A stretch of 62,533 nt of DNA, filler included, from Platydemus manokwari (taxonomy: Eukaryota): assembly GCA_037951405.1 (NCBI GenBank). It is 6 parts of 6 records of this genome, joined end to end, with 100 filler letters (N's around TTAATTAATTAA, not from the genome) between each part and the next. Parts side by side here need not be neighbours in the genome. Positions count along the whole stretch, not along the records: positions 21,282 to 34,212 come from JBBMOY011899164.1; positions 34,313 to 44,363 come from JBBMOY011174211.1; positions 44,464 to 53,430 come from JBBMOY011321760.1; 3 more parts are not named here. One strand, written 5' to 3'. A model generated the notes under the pieces. It did not search any database, was not told the DNA's origin, and saw only the letters and a program-made list of their open reading frames with translations. Below are positions 32,600 through 46,805 of this stretch, one piece after another (the stretch's first letter is position 1; each line of letters opens with the position of its first letter). The position numbers and the translations under genes are program-made.

Positions 32600-35250
32600 A
32601 CGTTGAGATTTTGTGAAATAATAATCCCATTTCGAGAATTATTAACATTAAATTTAAATATGTTTACAAATAATAAATAAAAATTACTCATTTGATGTGA
32701 GATCCTTTTATCCTATTGTGAGAAGAATTTTAAGATTATGCTGCCAAAAATATTTGTTCGTTTTTTTCTCTTTTAGTGTTCCTTTTTATACTAAATTTTT
32801 GTGTACCTTGCGTTATGTTTTTCTCCGATTGATTAATTTTATTTAGTTGCTTTCCTTGACTATTTAATTGGTTTCTATGGTATCTTAGTGAGTTGTCACG
32901 GTAAGATGAAAGTTGTCATGGCTGTTCATTATTATTTGTTTATTATTATTATTTTTATTTATTGTTATATAATTTTGCTTGTTGCTATTTTTCTGCTACA
33001 GTACATCAATGATTATTAAGAAAAAAAATTATTATGCGTTATAATATTTCTTATTTTAAATTTGTCGTTGGATTAATATATTTGTCTTTCTTATGATCAA
33101 TGTGAATTACTCTCAATGTAAATTGAAACAACATAATTCTTATAAAACATAAAACAAATATTGTTAGACTAATTTTGTTTTCCCAATTACACTTATTCTC
33201 AATTGTTATATTGATATCTTAATCCATTGAATTTTTTATGCAAAGTTTATTGCTTAATTATTTCATGTATCGTTAATTATTACTTATATTATTCTGTTTT
33301 TTGTTAAAGAATTATGTTTTTTCATGTGAATTTTCTCAATTTCGTTTGTTCATTATTCTCACACTACCATAAAATTAGTAGATAGACTATTCCAACGAAT
33401 AGAAAAGGTCTAGCAAATAGGTAAACGTGCACAGCAGGCAAGATCGGAAAAGTAACTGCCATCCTTTCTTGGTCAGTACCTTTTATCTAACTTACTCTTT
33501 TGCGTAGTCATTCCAATGACAAATCTTTTATGATTATTGTTTCTATTTCTATTATATATTTCTGGTACTATTCTCACTTTGAACAGATTATTTGCTTTGT
33601 TCCTGATTACACTTCAAAATGCAATTATTGATAAATTGTTTTTGAAATGTGACTTTATGACTGTAATTACATTTTTGAGAATACAGGATATCTAAGGCAA
33701 TTATTTCCCTGTACTGTTTCAATGAAGTGTGTAATCCAACCATACCCATGAAATAGGACACATGTTTTTGTCAGAAAAAATATGAGAAATTAAGTTAAAA
33801 TAAAATAAAAATTTAAAAATCCAATTATGCATTACAAAACTACATTGAATTATAAATAGACATAAGCATAAAAAGTATTTGAAAGAAATAAAAAATTAAA
33901 TTTTAAAAATTTCTAGATAAAACATAAAAATGAAAATAAATAAAATTAAAAAATTTGTTAATGTAAAATTTATTTTAAAATAAATAAAACAAAAATTCTT
34001 GAGTGTTATAAAATTCGATTTACTTATTTAATAAAAATTATTTTATCTTATCATTTTATTTGATTATTTATTATTATTATTCGTATTTTTCAAGATAACT
34101 GATAATTGCCTTGACTATTTATGTTTAGATTATTATTCTTAATATAGAGAGTTTAGACACTTCCTACATATCTTATAAGCGCAGATTCTGTTGGGAATAA
34201 AATCGCAACCTTNNNNNNNNNNNNNNNNNNNNNNNNNNNNNNNNNNNNNNNNNNNNTTAATTAATTAANNNNNNNNNNNNNNNNNNNNNNNNNNNNNNNN
34301 NNNNNNNNNNNNAGTTACACATATCAAATTGATCATTTAGGTTTTTAATGATAAATATATTTTCTAACCATAATGATTTCAATTCATGTTACATTTACTC
34401 TCAAAAAATGCTTTGAATTTTTAATTCAGAATTCATTGGATTATGTCCTTACTATTGTACTTTAACATGACTATCGTGTCGTGTCATTTTAATAATTTAT
34501 TATTTATTAGTTTCAAAATAAATTTCATAATCAATATCGCCGTATTTGTAATGATATTCTTTTAATCAGTCCATAAAATCGACTAAGTTCTCTTAATCTA
34601 AGTTAAATATTGGAAATTCTATCAACAGCTGGTATGGTTGAAGTCCTTGTAGTTCATAGTTATATCGATATTCGTCTAGTACTGATCCTTCAACATCTGA
34701 AACCTCTTTTAATACGTAGTAATGTTTGTATGAGGATCCTTTTTAATTTCATTTTTTCTTGCAATTGCGCCTCATTTGAGACATCCTTATTATTATTTTT
34801 CCCTCTACCCTGTAGAACTTTATCTCGTAATCCTCACTTTTGTTGGTGCTACTGGAGAATTCCATTTTGCTCTTGGGGACTTAAAGCTGCTCTATTTCAT
34901 TTGTCAAATATGGTATTTATACCCGATTTTTCATATTGAGTTGTATCATTGAAATCAACTTCATATTTTATTTTATTTTGATATTTATAAATAAATAATA
35001 ATTATTAATATGATCTACTCTCATTCATTTATTATTTTATAATTTTTTGATATTTTGATATTTTATTATTTATTTTATCCTTCCATTTTCTGTCGTGCGC
35101 TTTGACTATTAATTTTTTCATTTTGCCTGTTTGTTGTTCCATGACAGATTATTTATTCTAATTTATGATTCGTTTAATTTGTCAATTTATATTATTTTAT
35201 TGCTGTTCTTTTTACCACTGATATTGTGAGTGTATAAATCTATAATTTTT
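32600..35250 (-). mobile_element. Decayed R4/Dong-like (RLE-type) non-LTR retrotransposon remnant, spans a spacer
   Basis: Fragmentary minus-strand motifs in expected order: LSPQEQNG (~34880), xPRKDG (~33470, cf. LYLPRKxGGRG), an AxQDxxI-like stretch (~32915) and KHNA (~32815, cf. RHNxVA). A-rich sense strand. All motifs are degenerate. Confidence 0.4.
34213..34312. other. Assembly spacer N44-TTAATTAATTAA-N44
   Basis: Artificial linker. Confidence 0.97.
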
Positions 35251-38200
35251 AATGATATATTTTTATCATTTATCTTCGTATGATGTCATGATAGCAATCA
35301 ACTAGATCGTTACATTAAATATTGCTCTAGTAATTCACATTTTTACTGAGAGTAATGAAAATATTTCAAAACTTTTTAAAAAATTAATCACAATTCCTCG
35401 TAAATTAAAACTAATTCCTGGTTTATTGAAACTAAAAAGGCTACCGAATTATCATTTATAAAAGATCGAAAGAGTAAGACAAATTATCTAATAGAAAACT
35501 ATTTTGACTGCTATTATTTTTGTACTATTATATTAATATTGTTTGCTTCGGAAGTAGATTGTGAAACTGAATTGAAGTTGGGAATTTAATACTTGTTCTA
35601 TAAGTTATGTGCCTACCAAAGGCGTGTACTTTGATTCAAAATCTTAATCAACTCCACAGTTCTCCAAACAGTTTTTAAATAAATGAGCATGCAAGATCTG
35701 CAGAATAAAGTTCATGAATTTAGAAAGGAGACAAAGATTCACCTTTAACCTAATTGTTTCCAATCGATAATTAATAGAAGTGAGTATTAACTATGGTAAT
35801 GAATTTATAAAAAATCATCACTTATCAATCAACAGATGAAATGCATGCCATTGTTTTCTGATAAAAGATATTTTCTGGAGTGATTTATTCCTGTAATGGA
35901 AATTGTTTTCATTCAAATTACGATAATTGTTTCCCAAATGTTGACTTATCCTTTGAGAATTTTCCTTTGAAATTATTTTGTCTGAAATGTTTCCAACTAT
36001 TTATTTAAAATGGAAACAGATGTGATGAGTTTTGTTATTTTATATTCCTTGAAAGCCTTATTTTACTATCCATTAATACACACTGGAGTGCGATTCAGTA
36101 ATTCGTTATTTTTCAATAAATATATTACCTGTATTGGCTTACTTGTTGTAAAGGCTTCTTTATCATCAGTGGTAAAATAAATATTTTTCAAAGAAACATC
36201 TTGAGTTGTGAAAATTGTTTAACTTAATGAAGATATTAATGAAGAATAAAATATCTAAATAACAAAATTCACTTTAATTATAAATAATGGGGTGCATTCA
36301 CTGGTAATTTCAATCGGATTCCTTAAGAATATAATAGAGACAAAAATAATTCATTTATTTAGATAACGAACTAAAGAGGTCCTGTAAAAGTTAAAACCAA
36401 TAAATTTACCTATTAAATGAAAGTGATACGTGGATTGCCTTTGCTTGATATATAACCGTATGATAACATAGACAATACAAATATGCATGGCAATGAAAAT
36501 CATATTTTTTAATAAAATTTTTACAGATATTTAAGTAACACGGATGATTGATGTTACTAATACAGTAGAAGGATTGAATACGAGTACAAATCTCTGTGTT
36601 GACATTTCCACACAATGTTCATTCAACCATATCCATGTACAGCATGTAATTCAATTGATAGAGTTGTCAGTATCTCGATCCACAAATCCGAATATATTAA
36701 CAAAAATAATAAAGTACGATAAAAACCTATCAAAACGTGGAGATATTTGTACAAAGATTGATGAAAATGATCCAAAAAGAAATTTCACAACAATTGCAGA
36801 CAATAAACCTTTGACTTCAACGATGAACAATCGGAGCCAGAAGCAAATGAGTACAAAAATTATTACAAAATAGATTATTCCTTCATTGCAAAACTTTAAT
36901 TTGAAGCAGAGATGTTATGTATTTTGGGATTAATATTCAATGAAACAGTCTCAATGAATTAATCAAGAAGATTATTATGTATTTGAGATAAAAAGAAAAA
37001 GGGATAAATGTTTATGATTATGATATGCCATACATTGAAAATGAGAGAATGTTTATAAGATCAAATACATGATATTGTTTTATGCATTGAAACAGTAAAC
37101 CACAAAGTCAGACAGATCAAGATGAAGAAACAGATTATATTTCAGATATTAGAAAGATGATGATGGAGAATAAATAAATCTAATTTAGGTATTAATGGTC
37201 ATCCATTGTTGTGATATACAAAAATAAACAAATGGTTCTTTACTTCATGAACAATTTGTTATCATTTGATAAACCAAATTGAAATCTGGCCTTTCTGCAT
37301 ACTCATTTTAGCATGTCGAAATGATCTTAAAATGGAGATTTTATGTAAGAATGTGACTTGAATATTTTTAAACAAGATTTTAATTAAGGATAAGGTAAAG
37401 AAAGGTCTTTTCATTTAGAATTTGTAAATATTATATGATTATTAGCCGGCCATTTTATTGATAAATTAATTCACATTGTCAACCGATACTATTTCATTCA
37501 ATATGAATTGAAAAGGATATTTAGACATCAACACAAAAGAAAACTTAAGCAAAATATTCAAAAATATTATTTAAGGATTTTTTAATCACTTATTTTAATA
37601 TACAAGTTTTAAAATTAGTTGCAAAAACTTTGAAGTCGATACAATTTATAATTGTTGTTCACATTTTCACTCTTAGCATTATTATCATTATTACTATAAT
37701 AATTATTATTATATATATAACAACATACTTGTCCTTTATAAATATTCGCTGATGTTAAAATGTCTTTGTTTTACTTGTCTTATTCTAAAGAAAAATGAGC
37801 AAAAAATTATTTCCTGTCAGTGCAGACATATTTTTTTTCAAAGTCAATCATAAAAATCAAATATATTCATTATCTTAATTTTTTGAATTCTATCTCCTTT
37901 ATATCATTCCCCATATTATACTATTTCAGGTATGTCGACTTTTAGGTGACAAACATTTCAAAATAATTCAGATATCAAATTTTCGTTTTGTTCGATAATA
38001 ACAAGATAATTACTTTTTTTAATATTTATATTGAAATTATTTTTTGAGTTAATTGGTCTTTTGTTCATTGTTTTGTAATAACAATTTTTGATTTTTAAAA
38101 TTTTTTACTCATTGTATTTTTCAGATCATTTTAAATTTAATAACAGAATAATAAATTTATTTATCGCCTTAATTAAAAATTTGGTTAATTAAAAAAATAA

Positions 38201-38854
38201 TTCTCCTGATTTTAATTTATGGAAAGATTTAATTTTTTTTCATTATATTAAGTCTGTTGTGAATATATTTATTAAAATAGAATTGGATTTTGTACTTTTA
38301 ATTTTCTATTTTAAAGTTGTTTAGTTCCGACTTATATGACATTTTTTTTTAAATAAAATATCTTTAGTCTGTAATTGCTAAACACAGATTTCTGGCACCT
38401 TTTAGATTATTATTCTCTAAACAATCTGTTATTTTCTCGTCTACTACAATTAGCTATTGATTTAGATGTGACTAAAGACTATTATTAAAAGTCAGTTTAA
38501 TAAAGGTTAACTATCTGTGAACATTCCATTTTATTTGATGTTTAATAATTCAAAATCATCAAGAACAAATACAATTTTCGAAATAATTATTTATTCATGA
38601 ATAGCAAATGTATAAAATTGATTTTACCAATACAAGACATTAATAAAACTCAAACTGAAAGAAAGGATTTTATTTCGCTTATTAAGCGAGAAATTTTTAT
38701 TGCAACATACTGATTGCAATAAATCTATAGATAAAGGTTAAGCAAAAAGTAAATAATGTTTAGTGGTGGAATATTTAATGATGATTTTACGTAAAATAAT
38801 GTTTTCATTAATTTGTTTATATCAATATATTGATTTTATCAAAAATCTCAAAAG

Positions 38855-40190
38855 ATGAATCACGAACAAAACTGTCTAATTAGTTATGAACTAATCGATA
38901 ATAACATCAGTTTTATCCTTGATGATTGTAAACATGTCTGTTGTAGACGATGTGCAGTAAATATCACTTTTAGATCTAAAGTATTTTGTCCATTTGATAA
39001 AACAAAGATTTCACACATCAATGATTCGTTGGAAACGGAACAGGATGACTTATCTCGCCAAATCAGAACCGTTTCTTAACATCAACACGATATCATACAA
39101 TATGATGAAGATTTAATATCAAATGTCATTCGACAATGGCGGGGATCATCATTACGGTTATTATGTGATATGATCGATGATAAAGAAAATAAAATCAAAA
39201 GCATATCAAGATATTTCTGTCAATGGATTGAAAGAAATGAGAAAATTAGAGATAGCGAAATCGATATCATTGGCAATATTCTTTCTTGATCAGATGAAGA
39301 CGATGATGAAGATTTCACTTCATCAGAGATGTTTGATATTTTCTACAAACATTTAAAAGAAAATAATCGGAATCGTTTCTTCACACAGATCATCAAATTT
39401 ATCAAACACATTTATAAATTATTGGATTGTCCACAATATGATATTCAATATCTGACCAATCACATCTGTTCAATCTCAATTTGATCTAATTTCCATCAAT
39501 GAAATTCGAAATATCATTCGATCTATCATCATCACATTTGGAATAAGTAATGTATATCAAATATTAATCGAAACCAAACGAAAAAATGTTTGTTATGTAT
39601 TTAATCAATCGATTGTCAACATTATGCTATTTTCTCTCATTGTGATCACAAAATAAGTTTAAAATATGTGAAAAAATTTCTTGCAAATAATCGTGTTAGT
39701 CCATATCAGTGTCATTCATCAGAAAATATGAATGAATTTATTAAAAATTGTGATTATAATGATAATAATAATGATAACCCACTAATTTTAATAAATGGAA
39801 AAGGATACGGCATGGAATGTTTGACAAATAATGTATCAATTATCACAACACACGTGTATGATGAAATCATTAAAAGGATATTAAGCTACTTTGATAAAAT
39901 ATTCTCATTGACATGTGAAACAATAATCAAGAAATTGAATTATTATTTAACCAAAACATTACGGTTTAGTAAAAGTTTCTTCGAAAATTAAGAAGCATTA
40001 ATTGGAAATTTGAATTCGAGTTTTAAATCATTGACAAATCATAAATCTCAATCACAATATCAGATTATATACGCCGATATCATTAACAATAATTTGAATA
40101 TATTTCTTGAAAATCTCAGACAAATCGATAAATCTAATCTACTCATAAAATATATTCACAACAATAACAATCGTGCATGTAATAACTAGA
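38855..40190 (+). pseudogene. Intronless RING-finger-like ORF, disrupted by stops and frameshifts
   Basis: N-terminus C-LIS-...-CKHVCCRRC-...-CPFD is a degenerate C3HC4-type RING. The same frame stays protein-like past TAA 39077 and TGA ~39287 (HQHDIIQYDEDLISNVIRQW...SDEDDDEDF...) to ~39480, then continues by frameshift into ORF 39668-39991. Confidence 0.55.
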
Positions 40191-42749
40191 AGTACTACTT
40201 CATATATACATATATGATTCGCTCATAAATATTCTCGACAGTTATTGTTTACCTATGAATATTGGTTTTCAAAATTCAAAGATCCTTCGAAATAACAAAA
40301 AGTAGTTTCCTCGACTTTCATCTAATTTTTCAGTGAAAGAAAATTTTAGAAAAACAATTCAAAGTAAATATAAAACACATAATCATTTGAATAAACATCT
40401 CTAAAAAATAAACTGCAATGAGTAATCTTAAAATCTAAACTAAAGTAAAACATCTTGATTGGCATCAAAATTATTAAACATCAAAAAATATTTATAAAAA
40501 ATAAATATTTTTTTTATTCAATTAGGAGTTAATCAAATAAAGTAACCTGAATTATAGCGAATATAAAGAATATTTATTATTAATGGAGGCACAAAATAAT
40601 TTAATAAAAAACCCTGAGAATATCACTGGCTTTGGGCATTTACTATTATCATTATTATTTTCAACTGTATTTGATATATTCTGAATTTTGGTATACATTT
40701 TTCAGAGACAAATATGATTACTTTCCTCACTTAATGCTGTCCATCAGATGTTTAACGTAATTTAAATGTGATCATAATTATAATGACTGAATTTTATAAA
40801 GCACTTTCTGCTTGTTAATCCGATGATACTTTTGGCTAGATCACAAAAGGGTTACAAGAACCAATGAAAGAACCTTGAAATGGGTCGATACATACAAACC
40901 CAATAAACACATGTGCTATCAACCAATCAGATTAGGTCTAATATTTATCCATATTTAGAAACTAAAAATCGACATGTACATACCTATAGATGGCAGCAAG
41001 GTCAAAAATTTGCCAATTGTACGAGAGATGTGAAGAAAATTTAAAGCAGATCGATCTATAAACGGATTGAACAAATGGAAAACGAAGATTTATGACACCA
41101 AGCAGACGCACTCGATATATCTGAGAGGTTAATCATTTGAATTACGATTAATAATTAAAATATTTTTAATTGATTATATTAAAAATAGTAAATATGTGTA
41201 TTTATCTTGCTCGAACCATTATTGTAACCTCTCAAAATGTGTTAAAAAATTATAATTTTCAAAATTAAGGATAACAATTAATTTTAATTTAAATAGTAGC
41301 TTTAACTTTTAATGAATGTTGAAAATAATAGAATATTTGTTTGGAAAGATGTAATATGGAAATATATTTTTGTGCGTTAAAAAAATTAGGATTTTTGAAT
41401 CCAACATGAAAAATGAAGATGTGTTAGCAACTAACAATATCTATAAAGAGGTTGAGTAACTCGCGTGCTAAACTTATCATTGTGTGATTTTGAATAATTA
41501 GTCTTTTTATTACTTTCTATTCTGGTTTTGAGTTTTTCGTGCTGATCTCGTCTTATGTGATTTACCATTGTGAGTTGTTAAAAGTTTTACTATTGCTTAT
41601 TGAGAATTCGATTGTGATATTTTGAGTAATGCAGTTTTCAGATCTAAATTATTTATTAATAACCCAACAATACCCAAAAATTTAGACTACTTAATCTTTA
41701 GTTAATTCAATCAATAGTAAATTCAATTGATTTTCTCTCTTTAATCTTGAAATTAATTTGATAAATAATTTAAAAATTTATTATTAAATTAATATTGTTA
41801 ATTTTTTAATTATTATAACTTTATTAATTTGATAATAAAAATTCACAAAAAAATCTACCAAAATATATCAATATAATCTTTATTAAATTGAGACTATTTT
41901 ATATGAACTATTAAAAATATTATTTAAATGATAATTTAACATAAAATCGATAACCATCTAAGGTTTGTTTGAGCTAACCAGAGTTCATTAAGTTGACTCT
42001 AGAAAGAAATAATAAACTAAAATATATTTAATTTTGAAAATATTGATTATAAAATATTTTATCAATAATAATAAAGTAAAGAGTTATGATAAAAAACGCA
42101 ACAAAATAACTTCGCTAAGAATGAAGTAGTCATTTATTTGGTGTCATGCTGAATACATTCAGGATAAAAGAGTAATTTTCCTACCCAGTCAATTATTTTT
42201 GAAGCTGCTTATTGTTGTGGCTTTTATTTATCAGCCAACAAGTGAGTTGTATTTTTTTTCTAATTCTAATATCAAATTCGTAATCAACAAATGTATTCAT
42301 ATTTATTTTCAACTATTAAATCCACAGTGAATATTCGCAAATACAATTAATCAACTGCTTGATTAAGCTCAAAAATAATTCCCTTTTAAATAATTCAAAT
42401 TATTAATTAAATAAATATCGTAAATATTTAAATAGTTTTAACCGTAATTCGAGAGCTTTTAAATTTTGGCAAATATTTTTCTGAGGTAAATATGATTTTA
42501 ATTACTTTCCTCCACTATTTGCATATCACTCTCTGTGGGTTAATTGCGATGAAAATTTCAACAAATATTTTACCTTACATTATTCTTGTAATTGAGATTC
42601 GTAAATGGAAATGTGAATGGGGTAAGTATGCTGTGTGTGTGTTGGTTTGATTTCATGTTGATTAGTAATTGCACAATTGTCAGTGTCTACGATCTAATAA
42701 ACCTCCCGAAATATTTTCACATCATCAGTAATAAGATTATGTATGTAAC

Positions 42750-43760
42750 ATCGTAATTGTATGAAATAAATCATTTTGTATCAAAAAACTTATTATTAAC
42801 ATGGCGACCACGTCACGACTAGATTAAAGATAATGTAAGATAATGTATCTTATTATAAACAATTCTGATCAAATGAGATCAAAAGATTTCAATTTAAAAT
42901 TTGAGTGTTTAGCGATTTGTAAAATTTTGTATCAGTCTATGATACCGGTGTCAAAGAAGTAAGATTGTTTGTTAAATTTTTACTGTAATATAAATTACAT
43001 ATGGTAGACAACATATTTAAAAAGAACCAGAAACTGATGTACTGTTTGTCGAAAAAATTATAGATTTAGTGATAGAAAATCGCCGATTGACAGTTAGGGA
43101 CCTTGCTTATGATTTATAGTGTCAATTTAATAAGTCCTTGACAATATTTAAAAACGAGTCAAATCTCATTCGCTATCAAAACACTCAGTTTTTTGGATAA
43201 ATCCGTCTTGTTAATGTTTGTAAAAATAATACGTGTCAACCTGGACCTCATGAAGTACACCATTATGATAGATAGGTCATACCACACCTATGATCTGGGT
43301 TAGGCATGATCAACATTATCAATTTGAACGTTATGCGTCGATTTCTGAATAAATTAAATAAATTAAATTAAATTAATTAAGAATTCTGGGCAGACAATTC
43401 TTGAATTTTGGGCTACTATAATGCATTGCATTAATTCTTTGAGAACTTTTCAACAGAAATTCATTTCATGTCACTCTGCAATCACCATATTTCGCCGATT
43501 TAGCACCTGTGATTTCTGGTTATTTCATTATCTGGAAAAAACAGTTTTGACTAAATTGAACAGATAAAAACCAAATTGAAAAAGATATTGAACACCGTTT
43601 TGTAATTAGACTTTAACATGTCATGTATTGTGAAATACTATTGCTATAAATGTATTATGTGAGAACAGGGAATTACTCTGAAAGTACTGCGATGTATTTG
43701 GAAGAAAAAATGAGATTTTTCATTTAATTACAAAATTTCAGATTGTCTTTGATAACATTA
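42750..43760 (+). mobile_element. Decayed mariner element
   Basis: IENRRLTVRDLA (HTH region, 43072-43107) and a frameshifted QSPYFADLAP-DFWLF (43478-43526, YSPDLAPxDFxLF motif); many stops. Confidence 0.75.
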
Positions 43761-43844
43761 ACATATTGTTGTTGGTATTGCCATTATTATTTTTAATGAT
43801 ATTGATGAGTTTGAGTGAGGATTTTAAATTCAAACAAATATTTT

Positions 43845-44219
43845 GCTTAAATTAAGTAAAAGAATCCTTTGACCTTTCATTATAATGAATTTTTGGCGCA
43901 TGAAATAATTTTATAACTTAATTTTATATATAAATACTACGCTTAATTTATTCGAATAATTCAGTTAATATCTCATTTTTCAAGATGTCTAATAGTGACA
44001 AAACATAATTTTAAAACCAAGTTCCCATTCTAATCACAACACTTTTATATAATTATTCGAGTTTTTAAATTTTAATTTTTATAATTATAAATTGAGTTAG
44101 TTAATTACAGACATATTTAATAATATCATTGCTGATTTTTAAAAAATAATTGTAAAAATCGTGAATATCTCTCGATTTGCTTTTAATGTTAAAAAAGGGG
44201 TCCTTGATAATTTTCAAAA
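43845..44219 (+). mobile_element. 5' part of the GG-terminated MITE, interrupted by a Tc1/mariner end
   Basis: Colinear with 24821-25197 (e.g. aagatgtctaatagtgacaaa.cataattttaaaaccaagttcccattcta). Confidence 0.88.
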
Positions 44220-44221
44220 TA

Positions 44222-44534
44222 CCAGGTTGAGTCAAAAGTTATTCATGTTTTTATGCAGGTATTTTATTAACACAAATTGTTATAAAGCTGAACATATTAT
44301 TCCTCGAAGTACAGTCCATCATTTTCAATGACTCGAAGCCATCTTTCTGCCAATTGCTCGATCNNNNNNNNNNNNNNNNNNNNNNNNNNNNNNNNNNNNN
44401 NNNNNNNTTAATTAATTAANNNNNNNNNNNNNNNNNNNNNNNNNNNNNNNNNNNNNNNNNNNNTTCAGCGTTATAACAATTTGTGTTAATAAAATACCTG
44501 CATAAAAACATGAATAACTTTTGACTCAACCTGG
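44222..44534. mobile_element. Tc1/mariner element ends (perfect ~65-bp inverted termini, TA flanks) bracketing an assembly spacer
   Basis: ta-ccaggttgagtcaaaagttattcatgtttttatgcaggtattttattaacacaaattgttataa on the left and its exact reverse complement ending ...ctcaacctgg-ta on the right. Spacer at 44364-44463 lies between. Confidence 0.88.
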
Positions 44535-44674
44535 TAAAATCATATTTATATAAAATTAGATTTATTTGTTTAAATAATTGTATTAAAATAAATTTGTGGT
44601 GTCTTGACTTTTCAGTTTGTTTTAAATGTGTGGTTTTTAAAATAGTAGCTGCTAATAATAGTAATAATATTTTT

Positions 44675-44679
<5 letters not shown>

Positions 44680-44707
<28 letters not shown>

Positions 44708-44720
44708 CATAATAATCATA
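44680..44720. repeat. (AAT)n microsatellite
   Basis: Visible aat repeats. Confidence 0.85.
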
Positions 44721-44759
44721 CTAGTGATAGGATTGAATTATAGCACTGTATCTGCTTTC

Positions 44760-46805
44760 TGATTCTTTATTGAAAATACCTTGGGTCATTTTGTTAAATA
44801 ATTGCAAAATACGAAAATATATTTATTACCTTTTTTGATTTCTGGAAAGGGTTCGAAAATGTATCTAGCTGTTATTTCCAATAGTACACAAGGTACAGGC
44901 ATTGCTATTCACGATTCTTTCTTAGGGCATCTCGTATTTCGTCCAATAATACATACCTGACATGGCTTATACTGATCTTTATACTTGGTTTTCAAAGACA
45001 ATTGGAATTATCAGTTCCATAGAATGTAATTTTCCTTCAACATTGATCGGGAGTTCGTTTGTGCATATATCGTGTTTCAAAATTTGTACCAGAACTTCTT
45101 TACCTTTATAGTTCTATACTGTCTTACCCAATATAAGGCCAAATATTCCATTTGCAGCAGCCAGCATCGGTGCTACCGCATTTGGATTTGTCGTATTTCA
45201 AACCGAATATTCTTCCATTACTACAGTTTTATTAACAACGTGTCCAGGAAATTTCTATGATTCTCCATTGCGTTCTCCATCGGCTTCTACAGCTCCTCTA
45301 AATACAATAAATTATCCCATTATATGTAATGTCTCCTCGTAAACAGTTTAATCTCAAACTAATTTTTTTAATTAACCTATTTGAAAAGCTGCTTCACAAT
45401 TTTATCCACTTAATTCTACTGGTCAGTGAATCACTGCCATTATAATTGTTGGTGTGTGACTGCACTTTCTGCAATAGAAAACAAAAATCGTCTATTTGTA
45501 AATGCATTCTTTTACTTGTACTCTAATAAAAATGCAATTCTTAATACAAGAAATAGTGCTCATTATCACCACTAGTGATTTTCTTCGGATATGCTTCTGG
45601 GCATTCCGTTATATAAATTAATGAATAAATTTCTCTCATTTAGGTTTTTGAGCAATCGTACTCAATTAGAATTTTCACTGTAGTTCTATGATAAATAGTA
45701 TTATCATAAAAATTACTGCTTTACTCTAAAGATTTGAATATAACATGATAATATTTACCGTTTTACCTTTGCTATACTTTAATTTCATTAAATGTTTTCG
45801 ACTTAAATTATTATTTAATTCAGTTTCACTAACTTCTTTATTCCTCTCTTCAATAGTGACGTTTTTTAAAATCTGTTTTTTGTTAATATTATCTTCATCG
45901 TGATGGAGTAGCATACTAAATGATGCTTCGAGGATTTTATATGTCACGTCGTTTACTTGGGAACTCATTTGCTCGCAGGCTTCAAAATTAACATTAGTTT
46001 TTGTTCGTAATAGATTTTTACATCAGTTTTATTTGCCTTATTTGAAGCACATTTATAATTAAGTAAATATTCATAGACATCCACATATTCATAGTATTGA
46101 CCACGTTGCGATAAGAAAATAATTGCTTAATTTCTCAATTTTTGTTAAAATCCTTTCCCTGATTCTTTATAACTTTCGCGCACAAATGCTGCTTAATGTT
46201 ACCACTTCTGCCCATGATTTAGTTAAACTGATATCAAATGAATATAAATTTAAGCCTTTCCTTTTTCACATTTTTCCTCACAACTTAAAATTACTAAAAG
46301 TAAAACTAATATACAAAAATAGTTCTATATACGGTATCAATAATTACAATAAGTAACTCAGATTTCGCAACAGATATATTTTCCGTGACAATTTCCAAAA
46401 TTTTCACCATTTCGCTGAAATTCTTTATTTCCTCTCTCGAAACTGGACTCAATTTCACTATTATTTTGGCGGAACTTTCCCATTCCCCAATGCATTGTTT
46501 TACCATTTTCAAAACAGGGCTATTTTCTGGTATAGAACCATCAATCACCACATAGTAGTTGATTTTAATAATTAATTTTAAAACATAAACGGAGGATTTC
46601 CTCATAAAATCCGCCTTCTCGTATCTCGAACCAACGAAAACGTATTTTATCCAGGTGAATACAGAAGTTTAAAATAATTCAAAATCGTATTCCAAAATTT
46701 TCTCGAAATTTCTTCAAAACGTGTCATACTATTTTCCAATTTCTTTCTCTAATATTCTAATTTCTTATTTAGAACAACATCGCCCTCATTATTCTCCATA
46801 GCATC
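44760..46805 (-). pseudogene. Decayed intronless ORF(s), probably retroelement ORF1/gag-like; continues at 48448-49190 beyond the hAT insertion
   Basis: Protein-like fragments 46605-46306 and 45968-45726 plus Cys pairs (YECG...CFK, PCQVC, ACTLC). Reading ...ESSGKSID[hAT]AMENNEGDVV rejoins across the insertion. No diagnostic motif recognised. Confidence 0.35.

Noticed and set aside
36400-36873. Helitron helicase C-terminus (DISTQCSFNH...SVSRSTNP resembling FSHGQLYVALSR)
   Set aside because: Resemblance too weak and no upstream helicase motifs confirmed.
39077-39289. Stop-codon readthrough or alternative genetic code in the RING ORF
   Set aside because: Both TAA and TGA occur along with frameshifts, and the intact genes here use TAA/TGA as normal stops.
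42700-42732. Minimal hammerhead ribozyme (minus strand ctgatga-tgt-gaaa)
   Set aside because: No stem II and no convincing stems I/III by inspection.
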